Source of the DNA: a virus
DNA: 64,000 nucleotides
IMG/VR virus record: IMGVR_UViG_3300037755_000828
Coordinates: 1 to 64,000 of that record
Strand: one strand, 5' to 3'
Shown here: positions 10,036-19,412 of the stretch, piece by piece
Layout: the number at the start of each line of letters is the position of its first letter
How positions within the stretch are numbered: the first letter of the stretch is position 1
Translations under genes and position numbers: made by a program
Notes under the pieces: generated by a model
The model's database searches: none
The model's input: only the letters and a program-made list of their open reading frames with translations
What the model was told of the DNA's origin: nothing

Positions 10036-10650
10036 CTACTTCTTCGACTTCTTGATCGCGGTCTTCAGCAGCTTGACGACGGGCGGGCGATTCTCGCCGA
10101 CAACCTCAGCTCCCAGAGCTTGCTGAAGCGCCGCCGCGTCGAGGCCCTTGATGGCGGCCTTGACCTCGTCGAGTTCCAGTCCGGTGAGGTCGAGCCCAGT
10201 GGCCGCAGGCGCCTGTCCGTCGAGTCGCGCCAGCACCTGCTCCAGCTTCTGCGTGAGCGTCTCGTTGCGGGCCTCGAGCGCGGCGATGGATCGGGCCTGG
10301 TCGAGCTCGCGCTTCGATACTTCCTCGACCTGCCGCGTTCGGTAGTGGCTGCGCAGACCGGGGCGCACGGCGACAACATGCACGTCGTCGCCGTCGACGG
10401 GCGTTCCGACCTGGAGGATCGGCGCCATGCGCTTCCCGATCTTGATGTAATCGTTGAACAGGTGGGCGAACGCGCCTCCGCGAGCTCGCATGCCCTTGCC
10501 CTTGCCCTTGAACCCACCGGTACCGCGCTCGATGTAGCCGCTCGGCACCTCGTTCCAGCCGGTGTTCAGGCGCACGCGGTCGCCCCCGACCTTCGGAGTC
10601 AAGAACAGCGGGCTCTCGCCGTTGTTTCGGATGTACATCATCTCGGTCAT
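10036..10650 (-). CDS. Hypothetical virion-associated protein with small C-terminal helical domain
   Basis: After capsid gene; C-term LELDEVKAAI...AE...NRPPVVKLL. Confidence 0.6.
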   Translation of the reverse strand: MTEMMYIRNNGESPLFLTPKVGGDRVRLNTGWNEVPSGYIERGTGGFKGKGKGMRARGGAFAHLFNDYIKIGKRMAPILQVGTPVDGDDVHVVAVRPGLRSHYRTRQVEEVSKRELDQARSIAALEARNETLTQKLEQVLARLDGQAPAATGLDLTGLELDEVKAAIKGLDAAALQQALGAEVVGENRPPVVKLLKTAIKKSKK

Positions 10651-10692
10651 GTCGTGTTCCTTGTTCGAAGAGTTGTCGATCAGACCGCAGGC

Positions 10693-11781
10693 TCAGACAC
10701 CCCAGCCGGCGCCCTTGCCGTCCAAGAACAGCACGCTCTCGGTGTTGGTCACCTGCACGCCAGCGAAGTACGACCAGATCGCGATCTCGACCATCCACTG
10801 GTTGCCAGGCACGAGCACCGGCTGCTGAACCTGAGCGAACACGGGCATGGTGCAGCGGATCAGGTCCGGCGATGGCGTCAGGAACAACGCGCCGGGATGC
10901 CCCTTGTCGTCGGCATTGGCCATGCCGGGATCGACGACGATCTCGAGCTGCTCGTTGTTGTCCAGGATGTATTTGCGCAGCGTGCTGTCGGTGCCAGCCC
11001 CGAAGTTCTCGGTCTTCAGGTGCCGCGCGATCAGCCGCGGCAGCACCAGCATCTCGGGCTCGGGCTCCTCGGAGTCCTGACCGTAGATCGCGTCGATGCT
11101 CTCGTTGAACTCGTCGTAGATCGGCCCGGCGTTGGCCGTGGCCCAGTCGACCGTCGAGACCTTGTGCAAGACCCCGGGGTAGTTGACCACGCCTCGCAGC
11201 CCGTGCGCAGCCGAGCCTCGGCGGATCAGCCGGTTGATCGCCTCGTAGTGCTTGCGACGGGTCTTTTGACCCTTGAGCTGCTGCTTGTCGTAGCCGGACT
11301 TGGCCGCCTGCGCGATCTCGAAGAACCCGATCTGCAGCTTGTGCTCGATCTTGTGGAACCTCGCGGTCTTGAGCTCGGAGATGATGTCGACGGTTCGCTC
11401 CTGCGCTTGATCGAGCGCCGTGAGCCCATCGTCCTGCGTCGAGTCGGTGACGCCGCCCTCTTCCCACTCGAGATGCTTGTCACCAATGCCCGCGCCCGAG
11501 TCAGTGATCGTGATAATCGAACCGTCGGCAAACGGCGTCTCGAGTTCGGGCTTCATGAACAGCCCGGCGATCATCGCCGTCGTCGCGCACCGCGACGCCG
11601 TGTGCAGCATCGCGTCGTTGTTGGCGAACAACGCCGCGAACTGAGGGGTCTTGCCCCACTGCTTCATGGCCAGGTCGCCCACAGCGTGGGCGACCCCTTC
11701 GAAGTGTTGGTCGAGCGCTTCCTGCTTGTGCCAGGGCTGGCGGAAGTCGAGCTTGGGTTCACGTGAAATTCGAGCGTTCAT
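10693..11781 (-). CDS. Major capsid protein (DUF2184 type, HK97 fold)
   Basis: 362 aa; G...HGLRGVVNYPGV, W.TA....IYD, PEMLVLP motifs. Confidence 0.85.
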   Translation of the reverse strand: MNARISREPKLDFRQPWHKQEALDQHFEGVAHAVGDLAMKQWGKTPQFAALFANNDAMLHTASRCATTAMIAGLFMKPELETPFADGSIITITDSGAGIGDKHLEWEEGGVTDSTQDDGLTALDQAQERTVDIISELKTARFHKIEHKLQIGFFEIAQAAKSGYDKQQLKGQKTRRKHYEAINRLIRRGSAAHGLRGVVNYPGVLHKVSTVDWATANAGPIYDEFNESIDAIYGQDSEEPEPEMLVLPRLIARHLKTENFGAGTDSTLRKYILDNNEQLEIVVDPGMANADDKGHPGALFLTPSPDLIRCTMPVFAQVQQPVLVPGNQWMVEIAIWSYFAGVQVTNTESVLFLDGKGAGWGV

Positions 11782-11824
11782 GGTTGGTCCTCGCGCAAGG
11801 TCTTTTCGGTCGTCCAGGCCTGGC

Positions 11825-12607
11825 TCACTTGAGCAGCAGCATCGCGGTCAGCTCACCGTTCACATCGGTGTAGGAGAGGGAGGTCCAGCGGGCGTTGTCG
11901 AGCAGCTGGGTGTCGCCGCCGTCGGCCGAGATCCGAAACGCGCCGTTCTCTTCGGTTCCGGTGTCGACCTTGCGGACGTACACCGCATTGTCGAGGGAGG
12001 TCACAGCCTCTTCGACCGCGACAGGGATCTCGCCCTGCGTCACCACGTCGACGTTGGCGCCGACCGACCAGTGATCATCCTCGCTCGAATCCCCGGTGCT
12101 GCTCTCGAGCTCGGCGTTGATCGCCGTGACGCCGAAGAACAACCGCTCGGCGTCGCCAGTCACCAGCTTGCGCAGATGACCGTCATCGTTGAGCGCGACC
12201 ATGAGCCCGGGGCGCAGATCATCGTTGGCCGCGGTCACGTCGGTCAGCGTCATGGTGACGCCACCCGGGGCGACGGGCGTCGCCAACGTGAAGGTCTGGT
12301 CCAGGTTGCGCGCTTCGAGGTAGAGAGTGGCCCCGTCAGCGGTGCTCTCGGCGACGAAGACCACGACCGCGAGCGAGTCGGCCTTGGCCCCGAGCGCCTC
12401 CGCGGTCCCGGCGAAGTCGGAGCCCGCCATCGTCACCGACACCAAGGTGCCGTTGAATAAGAAGGAGTGGACGCCATCGGCATAGGCGCCGGTCAGCGCG
12501 ACGGACCACTTGGTGGGATGACCGGGCCACACTCGGCTCCGAACATCTCCACGCGCGTGATCTTGGACTTGCCCGCGCATGGCGGGATTGACGGTGGACA
12601 AAGACAT
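11825..12607 (-). CDS. Head decoration/structural cement protein
   Basis: Start MSLST (12607); V..QGEIPV.VEE.V...AVYVR...G.FR pattern upstream of MCP. Confidence 0.7.
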   Translation of the reverse strand: MSLSTVNPAMRGQVQDHARGDVRSRVWPGHPTKWSVALTGAYADGVHSFLFNGTLVSVTMAGSDFAGTAEALGAKADSLAVVVFVAESTADGATLYLEARNLDQTFTLATPVAPGGVTMTLTDVTAANDDLRPGLMVALNDDGHLRKLVTGDAERLFFGVTAINAELESSTGDSSEDDHWSVGANVDVVTQGEIPVAVEEAVTSLDNAVYVRKVDTGTEENGAFRISADGGDTQLLDNARWTSLSYTDVNGELTAMLLLK

Positions 12608-12645
12608 GATGTGCGGTCCTCTCGGGTCGTGGCGTTTGCCGTGGT

Positions 12646-14313
12646 TCAGTTCGTGGAGGCGTTTTTGCCGTACACGCTGGTGGTGTCGATCTTGGGGACG
12701 AGGCTCGGCAGCGGGTGGCCGTCGTTGCTCGCCCCCGCCTTGCGAGCCGACGCGAGCCGCTTGGTCGTGGAGTAGGCGTGCGACACGAAGGCGTCGAAGG
12801 TCGGCGCGGGCTTGTCCTTGTCGGGACCCCACGCGGCGTCGATGTCGACCTTGGCCGCCGCATCGAGATCGAGGATCGCGGCGACGCGCATCGCCGTCAT
12901 CGAGTCGGGCCGCTTGCCGCTGGCCCACGTCGACACGAGCTGCGGACACAGCGGGGCGATCTCTCGCTCGATCTCTCGCATGTCGGCCTCGGCCTTGTCG
13001 GCTTGCAGCGTGGCGACGGTCCGCGAGAGCGCGGAGAGTTCTCCCTGTGCGGCCGCGAGATCGGTCGACAGCTTGGCTGCGTCGCTGTGCACCTTGGCCT
13101 GCGACGCTCGGATCCGCGTCGCCGCGTCCTTGCTGACGCGCAGCTTGACGCCGTCCATCTCCATCATCTCGCCGCCGCCGAGGTGCTGGGCGACCAGCTC
13201 GGGGTCGAGCGCGAGCGCGACCGCGATCGCCTGCATCGCACCGTCTGCGGCCTCGGGGCTCTCTGCATAGGCGTACGCCTTGATTGCGTCGAGCAACGCC
13301 ATCGCGGCCTCGGGATCCAACTGGTCGTTCTTCGGCTTGGTCGTCATGTCGTTTTCCTTGCTGGCCTCGAAAACAGAAGCTCCGTCGATCAGCGCGCGGG
13401 CCTTGGGGCCTGCACGGGCCTCATCAACGAGGGATTCGTGGTTCACCTCGATGTGGGTCTGTCGGTACGTGAACTGGACCCCCTGCGCATCGACGCCAGG
13501 ATCTCGCACCGCGACCGTGGTGTAGCCCGTGCTGAGCTGCATCTTGCCGTCCCGCATCTTGCGGATCGTCGAGATGTCGCCGACGCAGATCTGGACCTTG
13601 ACGAAGCGCAGCCCCTGCTCGTCCGGCGGCTCCAGCGTCGCGCCGGTGCCAAGCATGCCCCTGGCGTACTCGCGCCAGTTGTCGGCCGTCACGAGAACTG
13701 GCGGGTGATCGTCGGTGAACGTCGCGAAGTCGAAGCTCTTGAGGCTCTTCTCGACTTCGTCCTCGCTGCGGAACTCGTACCAGGTGCTCTTGCCGTCGCC
13801 GTAGAGCTGCGAGCCCGTGCGCGCGGCGTAGCCCGTGACGATCAGCCGGCCGTCGGTCGTGACCTTGTCGGCGAACCCGTCAGCGCGAAGCCGCTCCGCG
13901 ATCGAGTTGATCTGCGCGGCGTCGGTCTTCGGCCCGAGTTCATCGGCGATGGCGAGAGCTCGGTCGACCGCGATGCGATCTTCGGCACCGAGCGCGAAGT
14001 CCATCGTGCAGGTGCGGTAGACACGAGCGCCCGCGTCGGCCTGGACCTGGACCTGGGGGGTGACGACCAGCGAGCCGAGCAGCGCCAGCGCTCCGGCGAT
14101 CGCCTTGTCGGTCCACCCTCGATCGCGGCGCTTGATCGGAGGCAGGGCCAAAACGCAGCGCAGCGTCTTGTCGAAGCTGTCGAAGCTGGGCTCGTCCGCT
14201 GCGCCCGGCTCGTCCGCTGCGCTGGCGCCAGCTCCAGCGCCAGCGTCGGGCTGACCCTCGGGCTGCGACGGCTGAGGGTCCGCGGGTGGAGTGACGGCGG
14301 CGGACTCGGTCAT
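12646..14313 (-). CDS. DUF2213 prohead protease/scaffold
   Basis: ARTGSQLY, FT.DHP..LVT..NW, LSTGY, NH..LVD.ARAG motifs; coiled-coil scaffold tail. Confidence 0.88.
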   Translation of the reverse strand: MTESAAVTPPADPQPSQPEGQPDAGAGAGASAADEPGAADEPSFDSFDKTLRCVLALPPIKRRDRGWTDKAIAGALALLGSLVVTPQVQVQADAGARVYRTCTMDFALGAEDRIAVDRALAIADELGPKTDAAQINSIAERLRADGFADKVTTDGRLIVTGYAARTGSQLYGDGKSTWYEFRSEDEVEKSLKSFDFATFTDDHPPVLVTADNWREYARGMLGTGATLEPPDEQGLRFVKVQICVGDISTIRKMRDGKMQLSTGYTTVAVRDPGVDAQGVQFTYRQTHIEVNHESLVDEARAGPKARALIDGASVFEASKENDMTTKPKNDQLDPEAAMALLDAIKAYAYAESPEAADGAMQAIAVALALDPELVAQHLGGGEMMEMDGVKLRVSKDAATRIRASQAKVHSDAAKLSTDLAAAQGELSALSRTVATLQADKAEADMREIEREIAPLCPQLVSTWASGKRPDSMTAMRVAAILDLDAAAKVDIDAAWGPDKDKPAPTFDAFVSHAYSTTKRLASARKAGASNDGHPLPSLVPKIDTTSVYGKNASTN

Positions 14314-14438
14314 CCGTGCCTCACGACGGGCGTCTTGTCGTCGACGGGCCGCTCGTCTTTGGTCGGCTGATCACGCTTGGGCTCGGCCTTCTTGGGCTTC
14401 GCATCGCGCTCGCTCGACTTCGGCGGGTTCGTGTCCAC
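14310..14438 (-). CDS. 42-aa charged peptide leading the head operon
   Basis: Own translation VDTNPPKSSERDAKPKK...RHG; stop overlaps DUF2213 ATG. Confidence 0.4.
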   Translation of the reverse strand: MDTNPPKSSERDAKPKKAEPKRDQPTKDERPVDDKTPVVRHG

Positions 14439-14529
14439 GCCAAATTAGTACAGTCGCGCTCGCGCGCTTGTCTTGCGATGGGCGCGAGGCGACATCTCTG
14501 CGAGAGATCAACGTTTGTTTTTGCGGCAG

Positions 14530-15198
14530 CTACACCGCGATCGGGACGTACAGACCAATAGGCGATCCATCGACGAGATCCTGCAATCGAATCGACGCTC
14601 GCGCGCTCAGCTTCGTCACGCGGGCAACAAACACGCGGCCCGAGGCCGTGAGCGTGACCAGCCCGCGAGCAGCCACGCTCGCCATTCGCAGCTCGACCTG
14701 CGCTCGGGCGTCGGCATCGCTCGCGGCCCGAACCCAGGTCACCAGCTCCTCTGCCGCGCGCACGGGCGTGATCGATGACGATCCGATCACTCCGACCCCA
14801 GGGACATCTGCGCCTGCTAGATCGACCGTCACTGGTATCGCAGAACCTCGGGCGCGCAGTCGCAACACGGTATCGCCAGAGCTCGGCCAGACAGCAACAA
14901 GTCGCCGGCTCTGTTCCGGGATCTTGTCGAGCACCCGGCGAGCTGCGAATGGATCGCGGATCCCGACGCCGTCGACCTCGAACGCAAGGTCAAACAGAGC
15001 GGGCCCATCTAGCACGAGATCGGCATACGCCGAGCCGGTGGCCCGAGACCACCGCTCGATCAACCTCGCAGACGGCAACTTTTCCCCGTGTTCGATCTTC
15101 CAGACGTGGCTGTTCCCGACCTCGACCCGCGCGGCGAGCTCGACCTGCGTGAGCCCTGCTCGGACCCGCTCGCGTCGGAGCCGCGCACCGATAGTCAC
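14530..15198 (-). CDS. XRE-family HTH regulator
   Basis: GTG start; IGARLRRERVRAGLTQVELAARVEVGNSHVWKIEHG. Confidence 0.8.
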   Translation of the reverse strand: MTIGARLRRERVRAGLTQVELAARVEVGNSHVWKIEHGEKLPSARLIERWSRATGSAYADLVLDGPALFDLAFEVDGVGIRDPFAARRVLDKIPEQSRRLVAVWPSSGDTVLRLRARGSAIPVTVDLAGADVPGVGVIGSSSITPVRAAEELVTWVRAASDADARAQVELRMASVAARGLVTLTASGRVFVARVTKLSARASIRLQDLVDGSPIGLYVPIAV

Positions 15199-15575
15199 AG
15201 CCCGAGCTCCTCCACCGCGACGCCGCGCGCAAGCAAACTCGGCCGCACTTCCTGCCAGACTTTCTCGTGGCCCTTGGCCATCGACGCCTGGCCCTTCGAC
15301 AGCTCCACGAGCGGCTTGGTCAGCACGATGATGCGATCGCACGGCACGCCATCGGCATTGGCGGCGAGCCACTTTCGCAAGGCCCGAACGACCGCGACGC
15401 CCTCGATCACCCATGGGCCCGGGCGGGCGAACCAGTCCGTCGCCACGTGCTCGCTCGCGCCCGACCAATCGAACTGGCCTATCAGATCGTCGGTGTGCAG
15501 CACCTCCGACATCGTGCCGGTCAGCGTCGTCTTACCTGTTCGCGGACCACCTATGATGCAGACTCGATCGACCAT
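15195..15575 (-). CDS. Small P-loop nucleotide kinase-like protein
   Basis: IIGGPRTGKTT Walker A, LHTDD, WVIEG. Confidence 0.75.
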   Translation of the reverse strand: MVDRVCIIGGPRTGKTTLTGTMSEVLHTDDLIGQFDWSGASEHVATDWFARPGPWVIEGVAVVRALRKWLAANADGVPCDRIIVLTKPLVELSKGQASMAKGHEKVWQEVRPSLLARGVAVEELGL

Positions 15576-15791
15576 GAGTGATGGTCGATCGAATCGATGA
15601 AGTTTTCAAGCGCCGTGGTTGCCCATCGCCTCACGCGTCGCGCCGACCTCCAGCTCGGGCGCGGCCGGGACCTTGGTTGGCGCCCAAAGTAGGCGCAGGT
15701 GCGCTCAGCGAGCTCGACCCGTCAGCCCTGCGCGGACCCGCTTGCGCCGACGACCTGGCCGTCCTCGGTGAGACCCTCGATGCTGATCGGG

Positions 15792-16364
15792 TCATGGCTC
15801 ACCGAACCCACGGTGCTCCGCCTTGGTCAACTCCGCATCTGTCATGTTCAGCAGCGCGTGCACGACAGTCAGCAGACGAATCCGGCGCTCGTGCGGCGGA
15901 CCTGCAATCGCGCCGCTCGCATCAATGCCTGCGTCGCGGATAATCAGATCGTCTCCATCGCGCACGATCTCGTGGCGAACTCCTCGCGGTTCGCCGTCCA
16001 CATCCCACACATGAGGGATGTCTGCGCGGATCCTTTGGGGCATTCCCGCCGAATCCCGGACGGCCTGGTCTCCGCGCTCGACCGCTTCAGCGGATGGCTT
16101 GGCCGCCGGCAAGCCCGGAGCGGGCGCGGGCGGAACCTCGATGCGGGGGCCCCAGTGCAAGCGTGGATAGTCCGAGGCATAGATAGAGATGCCATCCATC
16201 CCGTAGTGCATTGAGCCGTCGCGCGACCTCGTGGCCTGCGCGGGTTCCAGCCTGTCGGGCATGCCGTCCTCGCCCGGCTCCCAGGTCCAATACCACCCGG
16301 GCTCTGTGGGCCACGCGAGCGACCATGCTGGGTCCCGGAGTTCGTCGGTGACCTGCACGGTCAT
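15792..16364 (-). CDS. Hypothetical protein
   Basis: Overlapping start/stop with HD gene; WPTEPGWYW phage motif. Confidence 0.6.
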   Translation of the reverse strand: MTVQVTDELRDPAWSLAWPTEPGWYWTWEPGEDGMPDRLEPAQATRSRDGSMHYGMDGISIYASDYPRLHWGPRIEVPPAPAPGLPAAKPSAEAVERGDQAVRDSAGMPQRIRADIPHVWDVDGEPRGVRHEIVRDGDDLIIRDAGIDASGAIAGPPHERRIRLLTVVHALLNMTDAELTKAEHRGFGEP

Positions 16365-17668
16365 GTCTTCACCTGGACCCGCACTCGGGCAATCACGCCA
16401 TCACGCTCGGGGTCCGGCTTGCAGCGCCGCACACAAAGGAATTCGTCGTAGTTCCCGTTCTCCCACCCAGCATCGTCGTCCGACGCGAAGTGCATTGCGA
16501 TGCGGCCCCGGTCGCCGTCATTGTATCCGCAGACGGTGGTGGCCGACGTGGTCGAGAGAGGATCAGCGCCGTCACGGGTGACCTCCCACATTGCGGCATC
16601 GTCATCATCGAACTCAAGGTCGTCTTCGAGCCCCACGTTCGCCTCGCAGCGCTCGCAGGCCGCCTCGAACAGCGCCCGGGCGATGGTCTGCTCGGGGTAC
16701 TCCTCGGTCAACTGGGCCCCCTGCGCTTTGTGCTTCTCGACCATGTCGGCGCGACGCATGCCGATCCGTCGTAGGGCTGCCCCTCGGTTCGCCAGGTGCG
16801 TCAGCTTCGGGGCGATCTTGTCCACGTAGCGTACGAACCTCGCCTCTGGGCTGGCCTGCCTTTCGTACTCGTCCAGCAATCCGATGATGCGCGAGTCGAG
16901 ACCTATGATCTCGCGGAGGGCATCTGTCGCCTCGGCCTCGGCTCGTGCCTTGGCCGACCGCTCGCGCGCGGTCAGGCCCCACGCCGTATTCGTATCTCCG
17001 CACAGGGCTTCGGGCAAGTCGTGCACGAGCGCGAACACGACGGCGGCCATCGGGTCCAGCCCTGCGAGCGGAGCAAGCTCCAGCACCAGAAGCGCGAGCA
17101 TGACCGTGTGCGTGGTATCGGTCTCGCGGCGTCCGTCCGCGTGTTCGGTGGCTCGCTCTGTTTCGCCGAACCGGAGCGCCACAGAGGCGATCGCCTCTGC
17201 CGTGTCCATCATCTCTGCGACCACGTAGCCTGCCGACATCGTAGCCTGCTGTCGCCGGATCGCTGCCTCGTCCTCCGGCGACAGCTTGACCTGAACGTCG
17301 ACGTGTCCGTGGTCCGGCAAGTCGCGCTTGGACCACTTCGTCGAATGTTCTTCGTCGTAGGTCAGGGTCCCGGTCGGAACTCGGACGGTCGAGGATGCGG
17401 CCGCGTTTCCTCGCGCCTTGGCAACGATTCGCTCAGCATCTTCGAGCGCGTGCCGGAACTCGGCTGTCGCCTGCGCCAGCTTGACGATGTCTGCGGCGAG
17501 CACGATGCCGGCAGGACCGTTGTACATGCCGTGCTGGTCGATCCACGCGATCTCGTATCCACTGCCCCTTGTATCCACCCACAGGCCCGGCCAGCCGGTT
17601 TCGGCGACGTCCCACCGGGTGCCGCTCCCCTCGAGCGGGTATTTCGTGTTCAGGTCGGCATCGATCAT
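16361..17668 (-). CDS. Multidomain protein with HD-family nucleotidase domain (YfbR-like)
   Basis: RETDTTHT...ALVHDLPEALCGD...EARFVRYVDK; likely start MIDAD (17668). Confidence 0.8.
   Translation of the reverse strand: MIDADLNTKYPLEGSGTRWDVAETGWPGLWVDTRGSGYEIAWIDQHGMYNGPAGIVLAADIVKLAQATAEFRHALEDAERIVAKARGNAAASSTVRVPTGTLTYDEEHSTKWSKRDLPDHGHVDVQVKLSPEDEAAIRRQQATMSAGYVVAEMMDTAEAIASVALRFGETERATEHADGRRETDTTHTVMLALLVLELAPLAGLDPMAAVVFALVHDLPEALCGDTNTAWGLTARERSAKARAEAEATDALREIIGLDSRIIGLLDEYERQASPEARFVRYVDKIAPKLTHLANRGAALRRIGMRRADMVEKHKAQGAQLTEEYPEQTIARALFEAACERCEANVGLEDDLEFDDDDAAMWEVTRDGADPLSTTSATTVCGYNDGDRGRIAMHFASDDDAGWENGNYDEFLCVRRCKPDPERDGVIARVRVQVKT
17224..17389 (-). repeat. Direct repeat copy 1 (copy 2 at ~21358-21515)
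   Basis: Near-identical DNA blocks, e.g. gacagct(t/c)gacctgaac(g/t)tcgacgtgtccgtggtccggca and tcgtcgtaggtcagggtccc. Confidence 0.85.
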
Positions 17669-17997
17669 CGACCCGATCGACCTGCACGTGGCGGGAGTAT
17701 TCCCGACGGCGATCGCGGAGCCGTTGGCCGTGGCGCCCACTCGCCCGTCGCCAGCCAGTGGCGGTCGATCGGCTGGTGGCCGCCGGTGCTCTGCATCACC
17801 CTCCGCTCCCCGCGTCCGTTGATCTGGTAGCAGGTGATGCCCGTGTCCAGCACCGTCTCCCAGCGCCATCGAGCGAACAGCCGCGCGGCCACGCGCTCCC
17901 AGAGCGACGACCTCGCCTCGCAGTTCGGACATGGGGCATCGCTTCGATGCGGCGTGCTCGTCACTCGTGAAGCTGCGGGCACGGGTTTTAGAACCAT
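17665..17997 (-). CDS. Hypothetical protein
   Basis: Translational coupling with neighbours; CxxC. Confidence 0.45.
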   Translation of the reverse strand: MVLKPVPAASRVTSTPHRSDAPCPNCEARSSLWERVAARLFARWRWETVLDTGITCYQINGRGERRVMQSTGGHQPIDRHWLATGEWAPRPTAPRSPSGILPPRAGRSGR

Positions 17998-18485
17998 GAC
18001 TTGCTTGGCCTTGCGATTTCTTCGGCTGACGCGCGCGGTGTCGCTGGAATAGCGCGCGCCGGCGGCTCGCTGGACAGACCCAGCACGTGTCGCAGCAGTT
18101 CCACGTGCGAGGTCGTTCCGGTCTTCGTGAAGATGTTGTGCATGTGCCACTTGACCGTCCGGCGACTCAGCGACAGCTGGTCGGCGATCGCCTCGTTGGT
18201 CGTCATGCCGTGGCGCACGACAAGTCCAAGAATCGTGGACTCGCGACCGGTCAGGTTGCTGCGCATCACCGCGCTACCGATCGCCCACGTCAGCTGGTCG
18301 GCGTCGGCGTCGCCGTCGAGCTCGCGCGTGACTGCGAAGCCGAGCGCCTCGAGCACGGCAAGTGCTGTGCTCGCGCGAGCGTTGTCCGCAACGCGGATCG
18401 TGATCGGCGTCGCATCTCCATTGCCTGCCAGCTCCATCGTCGTGTCTACCCCAGCGGCGGCACTGCTATTCCGTAGTCGGATCAT
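17988..18485 (-). CDS. LuxR-family HTH regulator
   Basis: LTGRE..IL.LV..G.T.N.AIADQLSLSRRTVKWHMHNIFTK. Confidence 0.85.
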   Translation of the reverse strand: MIRLRNSSAAAGVDTTMELAGNGDATPITIRVADNARASTALAVLEALGFAVTRELDGDADADQLTWAIGSAVMRSNLTGRESTILGLVVRHGMTTNEAIADQLSLSRRTVKWHMHNIFTKTGTTSHVELLRHVLGLSSEPPARAIPATPRASAEEIARPSKSWF

Positions 18486-18745
18486 TGGACCACTTTGTTG
18501 CCCCAGTCGGGTTCGTCGATGTGGCGCGGGCTCACGATCGTCGGACCGAAGAACTGGGTCGCGCTCGCCGTCGCCTTGTCCAGGCTGCTGAACACGCCGC
18601 GCAGCACCCAGTTGTTTCCGTCGAACTCCTCGACCGCGACAACGATTAGCGGGTCCGCCTCGACCTCGGACCAGAACAACGCCAACCGCTCGCTGTGCGC
18701 GGGCTCCTCGAGTTCGAACGCTGGCGCGATGACCTGCATGCTCAC
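18482..18745 (-). CDS. Hypothetical protein
   Basis: GTGA overlap with upstream gene. Confidence 0.5.
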   Translation of the reverse strand: MSMQVIAPAFELEEPAHSERLALFWSEVEADPLIVVAVEEFDGNNWVLRGVFSSLDKATASATQFFGPTIVSPRHIDEPDWGNKVVQ

Positions 18746-19296
18746 CGTGTACGCCTCCCGTCCGCGATGCCCTTGGCCATCCGCCACAGCTCTTGGCGCG
18801 TCCCGGTGGGCTCGTAGCGCACGAGCTTCTCGAACTCCGTCAGCCTCGCCTGGGTCTTGGTCACCGCGACGCCGACCGGCTCGAGCGCTGTCTCAGCCCC
18901 GAACACGAGCGCCAGCCGAGCAAGGCCCAGCATCGCGTCGCCGATCTCCTCGACCACGCGGGACCGCAGTTCAGGCCTCAGCTTCGCATCGCCGATCGCG
19001 TCCTCGAGTTCGAGCAACTCGGACCGCACCCGGCGGAGGAGCGACTTGGCTTTGTCTTCGATTGGCCACAACGTGTCGATCCTGGTGTTGATGCTGGCGA
19101 GCGCCTTCGACAGCGAGCGCTCGTCGTTGAGCGCCGCGGTCTCGGCGAGGGTGGCGATCACCCGCACGTACTCGACGAGCCCGTCCTCGGTGTCCGGCTC
19201 GTCCGCGACCTCGAACAGCTCGGCCAGGTGGCGCAGCTTGCCGGTCACGCGTCGGCGCAGAACCCCGCTCATCGTGAACCTCGATGGGTTGGTCAT
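18742..19296 (-). CDS. MazG-like NTP pyrophosphohydrolase domain protein
   Basis: WP...RVRSELLELEDAI...EEIGDAMLGLARLA...QELWRMAK resembles the MazG C-terminal domain (ExxE/ExxD). Confidence 0.6.
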   Translation of the reverse strand: MTNPSRFTMSGVLRRRVTGKLRHLAELFEVADEPDTEDGLVEYVRVIATLAETAALNDERSLSKALASINTRIDTLWPIEDKAKSLLRRVRSELLELEDAIGDAKLRPELRSRVVEEIGDAMLGLARLALVFGAETALEPVGVAVTKTQARLTEFEKLVRYEPTGTRQELWRMAKGIADGRRTR

Positions 19297-19412
19297 ATAC
19301 GCGTAGAACCGGGGTGCAGGGCGGGTATTCCTGCTATCCAAGATTCGCGGAAGCCGACATCGTACGGCGATGACGGTCTGTTGGCGTTCGGTTGTCGAGG
19401 TCTCGCTCTGGA

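Noticed and set aside
9775-14370. Long plus-strand ORFs (e.g. 9775-11766, 12715-14370; also 1998-3593, 44861-46618)
   Set aside because: Antisense shadows of genuine high-GC genes; no motifs
16361-19296. Z-genome (datZ/mazZ-like) cluster
   Set aside because: HD and MazG-like genes are present, but no purZ/PurA homologue appears in the window
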